A DNA stretch of 64,000 nt from the NCBI RefSeq assembly GCF_006345805.1, contig NC_043020.1:17732001-17796000 (forward strand), given 5' to 3'. Source of the stretch: Octopus sinensis (taxonomy: Eukaryota). The position numbers and the translations under genes are program-made. Each line of letters opens with the position of its first letter. Position 1 is the stretch's first letter. Under the pieces are notes generated by a model. It searched no databases. It had not been told where the DNA came from and saw only the letters and a list, made by a program, of their open reading frames with translations. Shown here one piece after another: positions 36,935 to 49,314 of the stretch.

Positions 36935-37142
36935 ATACGACTGCATGTGTATCGTTGGCGATTTTCTTTCTCCGTCTTCCCTTCCTTGGACCTTTCCTTT
37001 TTCTATGTTTCTGATGAAGAGCTCTGCTCGAAACATTAAATCCTCCTTCTTTCTTTCCTTTCCTGAGCGTCCAATAACACTATACTTGTTCCACATCCTC
37101 GCGTTGTTATATTTTCTCTTTGTTCATGTTAAGATTAACTAT
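36935..37142 (+). mobile_element. Solo PLE-type pseudo-LTR, second family (copy 1)
   Basis: About 200 bp similar to 53640-53850; carries a CTGATGA-A-GAGC/GCTC-GAAAC hammerhead-like motif. PLE assignment is inferred from this motif. Confidence 0.65.
37007..37041 (+). ncRNA. Minimal type I hammerhead-ribozyme-like motif (type A)
   Basis: GTTT-CTGATGA-A-GAGC(TCT)GCTC-GAA-ACAT-T-AAAT; the ACGT of stem III is altered to ACAT, a CpG-type change. Confidence 0.6.
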
Positions 37143-40100
37143 ATCATCATCATCATCATCATCGTTTAGTGTCCGTTTTCCATGCAAGCATGGGTTGGAC
37201 GGTTCTCCTGGGGTCTGAAGCCAGAAGGCTTCATCAGGCCCAGTCAAATCTGGCAGTGTTTCTATGGCTGGATGCCCTTCCTAACGCCAACCACTCCTTG
37301 TGTGTAGTGGGTGCTTTTTACGTGCCACCCGCACAGGTGCCAGACAGTGCTGGCAAACGGCCACGAACGGATGGTGCTTTTTATGTGCCACCGGCACGAG
37401 GGCCAGGCGAGGCTGGCAACGGACACGAACGGATGGTGCTTTTTACGTGCCACCGGCACGAGGCCATGTCGGGGCGGCGCTGGCAACGGTCGTGAAATGG
37501 AAGGTTCTAAAACTCGGCACCACTAAGCAAATCATCATAGAAAACACACATCTGGCTTCTTTATATATATACAACAGGCATCCCTCAGTTTCCATCTACA
37601 AATACAAGGCTTTGATCAACCGAAGGCTATAATAGAGGACTCTTACCCAAGGTGCCACACAGTGGGATGGAACGCAGAGCCATGTGGTTGGGAAACAAGC
37701 TTTTTACCACACAGCCATGCCTGCACCTATTGCTGGCTTTCTTTTATTTTTGTTGTTATTATTACAGATTTTTTGTTGTTGTTGTTTCATTTATTTGCAT
37801 TAATTTTCATTTAGGGCATAATTAAATTGGACTAATTTCATTAATCTGATATGGCTGCAGTAATTAAATCAATTTACTAGCAGCGATTAAAAAAACAAGT
37901 AAACCATGAAAAACGCATTTCATAATTTGTTTCATGTGAGGTGATGTTGTGATATCAGACATTATGAGGAGTTGGTTTTATGGTTAGATTTGATTCTAAA
38001 ACTTTGAATGTCATAGTTATTGATTATGGAAGAATATTGACTGAATGAAGACAGTTAAAGCTATTTATTTTCAAAGATTTTATTTATTTATTTATTTATT
38101 TTTAGCTAGCATGGCTGTGTGGTTAGGAAACTTGTTTCCCTGCAGCATAGTTTTGGGGTTCAGTCCCACTGCATGGCATTTTGGGCAAGTGTCTTCTTAT
38201 TTCTTTATTACCCACAAGGGGCTAAACATAGAGGGGACAAACAAGGACAGACAAAGGGATTAAGTCGATTACATCAACCCCGGTGCATAACTGGTACTTA
38301 ATTTATCGACTCTGAAAGGATGAAAGGCAAAGTTGACCTCAACGGAATTTGAACTCAGAACATAATGGCAGACGAAATACCGTTAAGCATTTCGCCCAGC
38401 ACGCTAACGTTTCTGCCAGCTTGCCGCCTTCTACTACAGCCCCAGACCAACCAAAGCCTAGTCATTAGATTTGGCAGATAGAGACTCAATGAAGCTTGTT
38501 ATGTGTGTGTGTGTGTGTCTCTTTGAATGTGTGTTTGCGTCTCCTTGTCTTGTCACCACTTGATAGTCGGAAATGAGTATCACTGTCATACAAGAGGTGT
38601 CATTCATTTCCAATATTCTCTGAGAACATGTCTGGCCATGGTATGGCTGTGTGGTAAGAAGTTTGCTTCCTAACCACATGGCTCTGGGTTCAATTCCACT
38701 GTGTGGCACCTTGGGCAAGTGTCTTCTACTATAGCCTCTGGCCAGCCAAAACCTTCTGAGTGGACTTGGTAAACAGAAACTGAAGAAAGCCAGTCATATA
38801 TGTATATATAAGTGTGTGTGTGTGTCCATCATTTGACATTTGGTGGTTTTGTGTTTACATCTCCATGCCTTAGCAAAAGTGATCAATAGAATAATATTAG
38901 GCTTTCAAAAAATAAGTACTGGGGTCAATTTGTTTAACTAAGATTCTTTAAAGTGGTGCCCCAGCATGGCCGCAGTCTAATGACTGAAACAAGTAAAAGA
39001 AGGATAAAAGAAGAAATACCAGCAATTTCAAGGGAGAGTGTAATTCGATTACACCACCCCCAGTATTCAACTAGTACTTTATTTTATTGACCCTGGAAGG
39101 ATGAAAGACAAAGTCAACCTCAGTGGTATAAACCTTGCAGTATAAAAATGTCAGTAGACCTCTGGTCTGTGACGTTGAGACCCCTTTCGGTCATGACACA
39201 GACCATGGGATTACACCTAGAAAGTTACCCTCCCAGGCACAAGTCCGGGCAAAGTTGTTTATGGAAGACCAGCAGTCACCCATGCATACCGGCCTCCTCT
39301 CTCCACGCCACCAGTGTTATCCAAGGGAAAGGCAAAGGTCGATACAGCTTGGCACCTGTGATTTCACAACTCATTTTGACAGCTGAGTGAACTGGAGCAA
39401 TGTGAAATAAAGTGTCTTGCTCAACACGCAGCCCGGTCCGGGATTTGAGCTCACAACATCATGATCGTAAGCTCGACGCTGTAACCACTGAGCCATGCGC
39501 CTTCACCCAGTGAAGTGACATTACAACCAAGACATTTTCTGCCATTCTCTCTATCACTATCTCTCTCTCTCTTTCCCTGTATGGCTCTGTGGTTAGGAAG
39601 CTTGCTTCCCAGCTACATTGTTTCGGGTTCAGTCCCACTGTGTGGCACCTTGGGCAAGTATTTTCTGCTATAGCCTTGGGTCAACCAAAGCTAGCTTTGT
39701 AATTGAATTTGGTTGGCAGAAGTTACTGCTCTGTGTGTACATGTGTGTGTAAGTAAGTGCTTGTGCCTCTTAACAGAGAGTACATCTAAGATTACATTAT
39801 TCAATATATACTTCCTTTTCTAAGGGATTATGTGAAGTGGATTTATTACTATTACTGATAAATTTAGAGCTGATAACTAAACTAAAATGTTTTTATTAAT
39901 CACATCATCAAAATCTCGCAGTTACAAGATAATGAAAGATTAATTCAAAACAGTATTAATAAATAAGCATTACATTTGACAGGGTGATATGGATAATACT
40001 AAAGGGTTAAAAATTTGAAGATGGCTACTAATAGAAACACCAATCAAATGCTTTATTTAATCAGTAACCTGAAATAATGCATTTGATTGGTTAAATCTCT

Positions 40101-40805
40101 TGAGCCATACTCCTGCTCAAGCAGAACTGACATGAAGTAGAGCAGAAGCTATATAGAAAATCAACAACCATCTTCATTCATATGAAAACATTCCCCTATT
40201 TTGTGAAATGCTGCTCACAGAAAAGAGAAGGCAAAAAGAACCAATTTTAATAACTGCCTTCTTTGTTGGTTTGTTTTTATGTTCAATTTTATTGGAAAAA
40301 AATGTTGCCCTTTTGAACTAGTTTTTTCTGTTTTTTCCATCAAATTCCAGTCAATACACAAATGTCTTTTGTGGTGGTTTTGGTAGTGCCATTATTCTGG
40401 CTGTAAATGCGTTCGTTGTGTAGTAGTGTTTTCATTAAAAATAATTACCAAGTTTCAATGTTTATTTTTGTAACATTGCAACACTCACTTCCTCCACTCA
40501 TCTTTCTTTCTACCTGGGAGGTTAGCGAGAGAGAGAGAGGAGAGGAAGAAAGCTGGTGAGGTAATTAATGATGGGTCTGTACAATATTTTACACCTTGAT
40601 CACCACTTCTCCCATCATTGTCCCTACAGCCCCACTTCCGCCACCTTAATAAAATTGACCATCAAAAACTGCTTGAGGATGACATTGGTATCCAGTAGCA
40701 GATGATTGGATTTATAAATATCTGGAAATTTAGAGATATACCACAGCCTTCCCACTCCCCAAGAGTGGAGGTAAGTTCTTATAGATGTTCTTCCCCCTCT
40801 CTCTT

Positions 40806-40866
<61 letters not shown>

Positions 40867-41006
40867 ATATTTCTGCTGTTAGTTTGTGGCTTCATGCCAT
40901 TCCCTGTAGTTCATTTGGAAAATATTGAGGATTATGATGAGGAAAAAATGCTAAAATTAATTTTATTAAGGAAAAAAGAGAGAAGCATAAGCAAAAGGAT
41001 AAGTAG

Positions 41007-41046
<40 letters not shown>

Positions 41047-41517
41047 ATGAATGAAAATCTTGGCCGTAGTAGAAAAAGGAAACAGGTAAGTATACAAAGA
41101 GAGAAAGAGAGAGTTTATATAATATATTTAAGTCTAGAACTGGACGAATTGGTAGAGTGCCAGGCTATCAGCCTAAGGATTTATCCCAACCCTTTTCTCA
41201 TCTCTAGATTGTATCTCTAGCAAAGAACATACACCTAATTATTAATAAGTTCCAACACAGGGGTGTAAACAGTATGCGTATAGAATATTTAATAACTGTT
41301 TCGTTTAATAATGCGGTACCACTATTTTGGCAAGTGATAGCAACAAGCACACCCCCTCAAACATCCCAGTAGCAACATGAAGGTGAGAGGGATGCACAAA
41401 TATAAAGGAAGGATGGTTGTGATGGGACAAGAGATGATCCATTGACAACTTTGTCAGGATGGCTGACATTCAGTCACTTCTTCACTTCCTGTATTTATAA
41501 CATTTCAACTTTTACAG

Positions 41518-41973
41518 CAGTGGGTCTCAACTGGACCCCTTTTACACATGGACCCCTTTTGATTCCTATTATACTCAGGGAATCCTCATAGTCATTTGAT
41601 GTTTAAAATATCCTGTTATATTTTAGTAATTAGATAAGGGTTTCAAATTTTGGCACAAGGCCAGCTATTTTGGAGAAGGAGATAAGTTGATTCCATCAAC
41701 CCCAGTGCACAATTGGTACTTATTTTATTGACCCTGAGAGGATGAAAGGCAAAGTCGACCTCGGCGGATTTGAAGTCAAAATGTGAAGACAGACAAAATG
41801 CTAACAAGCATTTCACCCAGTGTGCCAGTAAATATTCTGCCAGTAAATATTATTAGGAATTGTATAGAAAAAAAATTGCTAAAATATTTTCTGTATTGTA
41901 GAAGAATAACCATTTTATTGCACATTAATTTTAACAACAAAATCTTTTATGGACCGTGGTTGAGAACTCCTGA
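41518..41973. mobile_element. hAT MITE interrupted by a SINE
   Basis: CAGTGGGTCTCAAC ... GGTTGAGAACTCCTG, with a family-M SINE inside at about 41630-41830. Confidence 0.55.
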
Positions 41974-43381
41974 TTTACAGTAAAGGGGACAGTTTTCAGC
42001 TAGATAGACTCAACCAACTTAGTCCCATATGTACATATGTATGTACGTACATCAAGCTAAGTGAAATCATGATCATGACCCGTGCCAATGACACATAAGG
42101 GGTACCCATTCCAGTGACACGTAAAAGATACCCAGTGCACTCTTTAGAGTGGTGAGCATTAAGAAAGGCATCCCAGCTGTAGAAACTCAACCAAAAAACA
42201 GACTGGAGACTGGTGCAGCTCTCCAACTTACCAGTTGCACTCAAACCATTTAACTCATGCCAGCATGGAAAGCAGATGCTAAATGGTGGTGGTGGTGGTG
42301 GTTACTTTTTTCAAATTACATTGCAAGATAGGTGTGAGAGGCCAGATCTGGCTGGTTTGAACATAAAGCAAGTAAAATATTTTGACTGGATATGGCTGGT
42401 TTAAACACGAAAGGGTTAAAAACACCCTAACACCAGATGTTATTTTTGGTTGTGGTGGTGGTAAACCAGAGTGATAAGTTAAGCCTACCAACTATGTATT
42501 AGGCTTATGGACACACACACAAAACTATCCGCTATAGATTTTGTGGCTTTTGTAATTTGGTAAAAACACCCAAAATCCATATTTCACCTCCATAGTTTGA
42601 GAAGCTAATTTTTCCCGTCTACCGAGACAAAATAATTTTGTCTGAAATAGGTGGAAGGAGTGAAGGGAGGTATTTTTTGACTCCAAATCTGAGATTGTAG
42701 CGTCTTCATATTCTATTTTTCAATCTAATGAGTCATTTTGGGGTCATTGTGTCATAACATGGCAATGTAAAGGTCGTTTGTTACCTAGCAGTGCAAAGGT
42801 AATTGAACGAGTGTGTATGCATGTGGGGGCCAGGTGTGCAGACATTTGTGTGTGTGGATGAAAGATGAATCAAATATATCTGAAGCAATTAATAAGTTAA
42901 TAATAATAACAACAAAGATAATAATAATATGAGAACATAAACTATAAATAAAATAAATCTGCTGCCTAAGTTAGTTTATGTTAACAAAACAGAAAGTGTG
43001 ATTAATGAGGTTTATTTGATCTTTTCCTTGTTAATAAGGAATCTAATATTGCAATCTGAGACTCAGAGTTGGGAAGGAAAGCATTGGTAATAGTAAACTG
43101 AATGGGAAATCAGATGCCATGACGAGGGATTAAGTAACATTATCTGTTATTAGAATTCAAGTTGGAGATAATAAAAGGGAAAACAGAAAAAGGGTCTGTA
43201 AAGGGAGACAATTCGAGAAGGATTTTGTTTTTTTAAACTATTCCAGATTGTCTTACATTATGGATACAGACGTCTATAATGAACCAGTAAGGAAGCATGT
43301 GTAAGGTTGCTTGATCTGTCAGAAATAATAGCCAAATTTCCCTCAAATTGAACTCTACTATCTCCAAAAAAGAAAAAAAAA

Positions 43382-43786
43382 ATGAAAAATACATTTGGAT
43401 ACGATATAGTCCCAGACATATACCTTTATAAGATTGGATGGTTATGGTTGGAACATCTTTATATATATGCCTTTTTCACTGGAGGTAATATGGTACCTTT
43501 AAAGTGTCACCAGCATGTTAAGACTACATAATCCTATGTATTCTTCTCTTTTTGAAGACAACTGATTGTGATTTGGCTGCTACTTTTAGCAGATCGAGCA
43601 ACCACATAGAAGCTCCTTCATTGGCTTGCATATGATTAAATTAAGATGATGGTGTCTATGGTTGTCATTTAGTCCCATATCACCTCCAATGAAAAAGGCA
43701 TATGTACAAAGGTGTTCCAACCACAACCATCCAATCTTATAAAGGTATATGCCTGGGACTATTCTGTATCCAAATGTATCTTTCAT
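43382..43786. repeat. Inverted repeat, 112-bp arms, 181-bp spacer
   Basis: 43382-43493 versus 43675-43786. Confidence 0.85.
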
Positions 43787-44018
43787 TTTTTAATATTTTT
43801 TAAAGATATTTCGCTTTGAGACCGCAACCTGTTCACTGACAAAAGAACAGGTCACGGTCTCAAAGCGACGAAAATATTTTGGCAAATTAAATTTAAATGT
43901 TGAAGTGAATCTAACGGTTTTTGTATGTTTCTTAAATGGCTTATAAACACCTTCCATACTGCAATTGTTTTTGTTCCAGCACATGATCTCAGGTCACTTG
44001 CTATGCAAGTACATCTCC

Positions 44019-44073
<55 letters not shown>

Positions 44074-44662
44074 ATATGTCTTTGAGTGTGTTTGTGTATG
44101 TCCCCTGGCATTGTTTGACAATTGTTGTTGGTTTGTTTGCGTCCCTATTACTTATCCAGTCAGCAAAAGGAGCCAATAGAATAAATACAAGGGGTCAGTT
44201 TGTTTGACTAAAAACCCTTCAAGATGGTATCCCAGCATGACCACAGTCCAAAAAAGGTGATGGCGATGGTGGTGGTGGTGGTTGGATGGGTAACAGTGAT
44301 GACCTACAGTTAAACAGGAAGAGGTGAAAATAGGTTTGGGTGTCATTTTTACAACCAGCATTGTCATCATCAATATTACACACATTCTCACACACACATA
44401 TATACACACTCTGTCTCTCTCTCTTTCCTTGGTACTAAAATAAAGCTATTGGTCATATAGGAAAAACCTCCACTTACCTATCACAGACTATAACCATTGT
44501 CCTACCATTCACTACAACCACTGTCTTACCACTAACTACAAACACTGTTCTAGTATTGCATCCTCACCTACCACCTTGTTCTGATTCTTTATATTCTGAC
44601 TTCAAATACTGGTCAGCTCAACTTTGCCTTTCATCCTTTCAAGTCAATAAAATACAGTATTT

Positions 44663-44918
44663 TTATACTTGGAGATGGTCATCTTTTGCCAGTTAAGTTC
44701 ACTCACTATTTATTTGATCTTTACTTTGTCTTTATTATTTTTAGATTCTTCATCGAAGTTCTTTCATCACACATTCTGTGACCTCTTCAGTGGCTTCCTG
44801 TTCCATGTGTCTCCTCTTGTCCTACCTATTCCATTTTGATCTTCTGGGGTACAAGTCATTGAAGAGGTCATAGGATGTGTGATGAAAGAACTTTGACAGA
44901 CAAATAAACTAGAAAATA

Positions 44919-44955
<37 letters not shown>

Positions 44956-45022
44956 CTAAAGTGAAGATCAAATAAATAATGCATGTGTCTAATTGGCAAA
45001 AGATGACCATCCCCAAATATAA
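44663..45022. repeat. Diverged inverted repeat, about 77-bp arms
   Basis: 44663-44739 versus 44946-45022; shared core GATGGTCATCTTTTGCCA. Confidence 0.75.
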
Positions 45023-45914
45023 CAATATCTGTTTCAATACACGGTTTCATATCAAGAATCTTGCAAAACAAATGCATAAAAATAAAGTACCTTCTCTTCA
45101 AAATTGCTAGCCTTGTGTTTCAGTTGGAAACAATTATAATAATTAGTATTATCCATGCATCCATTTTTGGTACCCACCATTCCTGGAAGGGTCATGGAAT
45201 AGTCCTCTGGACACCTCCTTGACTGGGTCCTATCAGCAACATCCATCCTTACACTTTCCTACTGGATTCTCAAATGTGACCAACTGCAACTGCAGATATT
45301 TTCCAATCATCACACTCTCGTTCTGCTCCTATGTTTCCTGCCATTTGGCTTGGCTTGATTAACTTATCTTGCAATCCGATTTCTGTTGCATTCTAGCTAT
45401 GTCTGTAGTACCAGAGCTGTGACCTCTCAGTGCAGAGAAATAGCAATGTAAGTTGGAGAGGCTACCTGATTTTTGAGCCTCATACTTTGTCGAGGTCCAT
45501 TGGAGAAACTCCATTTCAGTCACTTGTATTTTCCCTTACAGGAGCACTCCGTCGGTTGCGACGACAAGGGTCCCAGCTGATACGATCAACGGAACAGCTT
45601 GCTCATGAAATTAACGTGTAAGTGGCTGAGCACTCCACAAACACGTGTACCCCTAACGTAGTTCTCGGGGAGATTCAGCATGACACAGTGTATGATAAGG
45701 CTGGCCCTTTGAAATACAGGTACTACTCATTTTTGCCGGCTGAGTGGATTGGAGCAATGTGAAATAAAGTGACTTGCTCAAGGACACAATGCACCTCCAG
45801 GAATTGAACTCACAACCTCACGATCATGAGCCGAGTGCCCCTAACCACTAAGCCACTCTTTTGGTTATTACACAACATTCATAACCAAAGGTGGAGATAG
45901 GTATGAAAGCCAAA

Positions 45915-46140
45915 TTAACCCTTTAACATTCAGATTATTCTGTCAAATGTAATGATTATTTATTCACATGCTTTTAAATTGATCTTGCATTATCTTGTAG
46001 CTTTGAGATTTGTGAAGTGATGGTTTACTTTTAGAATGACATTGCAGGATTGGTGTGAGAGGTTGGATCTTGTCAGTTTGAACATAAAACAGGTTGAATA
46101 TTTTGGCTGGATATGGCCTATTTAAATGCTAAAGGATTAA
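45915..46140 (+). mobile_element. piggyBac-type MITE (family P1)
   Basis: TTAA-CCCTTTAACATT ... AATGCTAAAGGA-TTAA. Further copies: 12171-12402, and partial at about 16550-16712, 26510-26665, 39885-40010 and 42320-42420. Confidence 0.8.
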
Positions 46141-46199
46141 AGATAGTGAGTTTGGCTTTTTTTTTTACCAACCTCTTCTCTTCTGAGGATGAGTTTGGC

Positions 46200-46440
46200 A
46201 CTTTACAGTGCCAGTACCAGCAATTCCAGCATCCAATTCAGCCTCCCTCTTCCTGTCATTCATGAATACAACCCTGAGATACATTAACTTCTCTACTTAC
46301 CTCAGCAGTGTTCCACTAACATGCCAAATGCACTGGGAAGACTTTCCTGAGAGAACCAAGGTCTCGGTCTTTGCAACACTAATTCTCATTACTGCCTTGC
46401 AACACTCAGTAGCAAACCCATTCAGTGCGTATTAGAGAAC
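46200..46440 (-). mobile_element. RTE-clade (RTEX/Rex3-like) LINE reverse-transcriptase fragment
   Basis: Minus-strand translation YALNGFATECCKAVMRISVAKTETLVLSGK...*VEKLMYLRVVF...REAELDAGIAG resembles the post-YADD region (GMKISTSKTE; VEKFKYLGVVF). Confidence 0.75.
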
Positions 46441-46683
46441 ACCTTATTCTTAAGGCTGTGAGCTGGCAAAATCATTAGCATGCCAAGCAAAATACTTTGT
46501 GGTATTTCTTATAACATTTTACACACTGAGTTCAAAATCTACCAAAGTTGATTTTACCTTCCATCCTTTCAGGGTCAATAAAATATGTACCAGCTCAGCA
46601 CTGAAGTCAATGCAATTAACTTATGACTCTTCCAAAAATTGCTGGCCTCGTACCAAGATTTAAAACCATTAATATTTTTATCA

Positions 46684-47070
46684 GTAGGAGTGGCTGTGTG
46701 GTAAGTAGCTTGCTTACGAACCACATGATTCCGGGTTCAGTCCCACTGCATGGCAAGTGTCTTCTACTATAGCCTTGGGCCAACCAAAGCCTTATGAGTG
46801 GATTTGGTAGACGGAAACTGAAAGAAGCCCGTCGTATATATGTACATATATATATATGTGTGTCGTGTATCTGTGTTTGTCCCCCGAACATCACATGACA
46901 ACTGATGCTGGTGTGTTTGGGTCGCCACAACTTAGCGGTTCAGCAAAAGAGACCAATAGAATAAGTACTATTCTTACAAAGAATAAGTCCTGGGGTCGAT
47001 TTGATTTGACTAAAGGCGGTGCTCCAGCATGGACGCAGTCAAATGACTGGAACAAGTAAAAGAGTAAAAG
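46684..47070 (+). mobile_element. SINE family A, full length
   Basis: Colinear with 26093-26490. Other copies or halves lie at about 4100-4345, 22660-22810, 25690-25850, 32755-33135, 36700-36930, 37575-37730, 38105-38460, 38635-39010, 39575-39720, 44080-44250, 47575-47925, 48215-48530, 49540-49920, 50230-50480, 53290-53540, 54015-54600, 59655-59910, 60870-61000 and 61369-61560. Confidence 0.9.
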
Positions 47071-47961
47071 AAAAAAAATAATTATTAGTAATAGAAGTGA
47101 GCAGTCAGAATCGTTAGCATGCCAGGCTAAGCAGCATTTCATCCTTCTTTACATTCTGAGTTCTGTAAGTACCAGTTGAATACTGGGGTTAATGTAATTG
47201 ACTTATCTCCTCCTTGAACTTGCTTGCCTTGTGCCAAAATTTGAAAACATTATTGGTGGTGGTGGTGGTGGTGGCGGCGGCAGTGGTGGAGGTGGAGGAA
47301 TAGATTCATTAGATTAAATTCTCCAATAACTGTCACGCCCCAGTAAACAGCCAGACATGGAAAAGGAAGTGTGAAACAGGTGCCAGTCGGTGGAGTGGGT
47401 TGGCAGTTTGTCAGATTGGTTCTGTATAGAAAAAACATTGGAAGTGTAAGGTTAATGTTTAACTTTGTTAATTAAATATATAAGGGGCTGTCAGTGTTTG
47501 CTTCTGTTTGTGTGTGTGTGTATGCACAACACTTTATGTGTTTCTGAATGTGTGATTGTCTGCATTTCTGTATCTTTTGTTTTGTTTCTGTTGTTGGTCT
47601 GGCCATACTGGAGCACTGTCTTGAAAGGTTTATTTCAACAGATCAACTCTAATACTTTCTTTTTTAAAATCTTGTACTTATTCTATCAGTCTCTTTTACC
47701 AAGGATGTAAACAAACAAACACCAATTGTCAAGCAGCGGGCGGACACACACACACATGATGAGCTACTTTCAGTTTCCATTTATCAGATTCACTCACATG
47801 ACTTTGGTTGATTCAAGGCTATAGTAGAAGATACTTGTACAAGGTGCTATGCAGTGAGACTGAACCCAGAACCATGTGGCTGGGAAGCCAACTTCTTACA
47901 ACACAGCCACACCTGTGCCTGTATATGAGAGTGAATATTTTTGTGCACATGCATCTATGCA

Positions 47962-48165
47962 TATAAGAAGGTGCTGAAAAGTTCCTGGCTCTGAGTAAAA
48001 GAAAATTATGATTTTGTTCAAAACATTCCCCTCTCAGATTCACACACTCATTGCAGCAGTCCTTCAATTTTTCTTAAGCCCTTTAAAAGAACTCAGAAGG
48101 TTGGGCCTCCAACCAAGCCTTTTGCAATACCCTTAAAGTCAGGAACTTTTCAGCACCCTGTCATA
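47962..48165 (-). mobile_element. Mariner deletion derivative, same family as 1114-1337
   Basis: Same TIR (GGTGCTGAAAAGTTCCTG); minus-strand remnant KDCCNECVNLRGECFEQ. Confidence 0.8.
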
Positions 48166-49083
48166 TGTGTACACATGAATATTTGTGTGTTTTGTATAAT
48201 TTTTTGCATTAGGTTCAATCCCACATGTGGAACCTTGGGCAAGTGTCTTTTACTATAGCCTCAGGCCAACCAAAGCCTTGTAAGTGAATTTGGTAGATAG
48301 AAACTGAAAGAAGCCCATCGAGTGTGTGTTTGTCCTTCCCCCTCACTACTGGTCCTGGTGTGTTTACATCCCCATAACTTAGCAGTTCAGCAAAAAAGAC
48401 TGATAGAATAAGTACCAAGCTTTAAAGAAGTAAGTATTGGGGTCAATACATTCAACTAAAAATTCTTTGAGGTGGTGCCCCAGCATGGCTGCAGTCTAAT
48501 GACCGAAACGAGTGAAAAATAAAAGATATATTGCAATTAATGGCTTAAGCATTCAGTAAAATTTAGCCCCAGGTTAGCTGACCTAAGATCACTGACATTT
48601 CACCCTTGCCCATCCTGTCATATTATACATCTCAAAGTACATTGTTCAATGTGATCTTCCTCATCCAAGACAAATAGTAGGGTGTGATTACAGAAAAATT
48701 TCATTACTATTTCTAGCAAACCAAGAGACTGTATAGGGACTTCCTTATTGGCTAGTAGTCACCTTAGAGGTTATTGTTTAACCCTTGGTCATCTGACTGA
48801 ACAGATCTTTTAATTGAAGGTATTCCAGCTATGTTCATCATCATCCTCATCATTTAACGTCCTCCCCTCCTTCCAAGTTCACAAGGGTTTGATGGTTTGA
48901 CAGGAGCTGGCCAGGTATAAGCTTACACCATACTTCTGTCTGTGTTGGCATGGGTTTTTTTATGGCTAGGTGTCCTTCCTAACACCAACCACCCTGCAGA
49001 GTAGGCTGAGTGCATTTTACATGGCACTAGCACAGGCAAGGTCAGTTTTGGCTTGGTTTTTACAGTTGGATGCCCTTCCATAT

Positions 49084-49314
49084 TATTTCTTTATTGCCCA
49101 CAAGGGGCTAAACATAGAAGGGGCAAACAAGTAAAGACAAAGGGATTAAGTCGATTACATCGACCCCAATGCGTAACTGGTACTTAATTTATCGACCCCG
49201 AAAGGATGAAAGGCAAAGTCGACCTCGGCGGAATTTGAACTCAGAACGTAACGACAGATGAAATACGGCTACGCATTTCACCCGGCGCGCTAATGTTTCT
49301 GCCAGCTCGCCGCT
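49084..49314 (-). mobile_element. SINE family M nested in an RTE-tailed repeat
   Basis: TSD TTCCATAT at 49076-49083 and 49315-49322. Confidence 0.85.

Noticed and set aside
37308-37500. About 62-bp GC-rich tandem units resembling a CRISPR array
   Set aside because: The context is eukaryotic, the spacers are similar to each other, there are no cas genes, and the units are internal repeats of family R.
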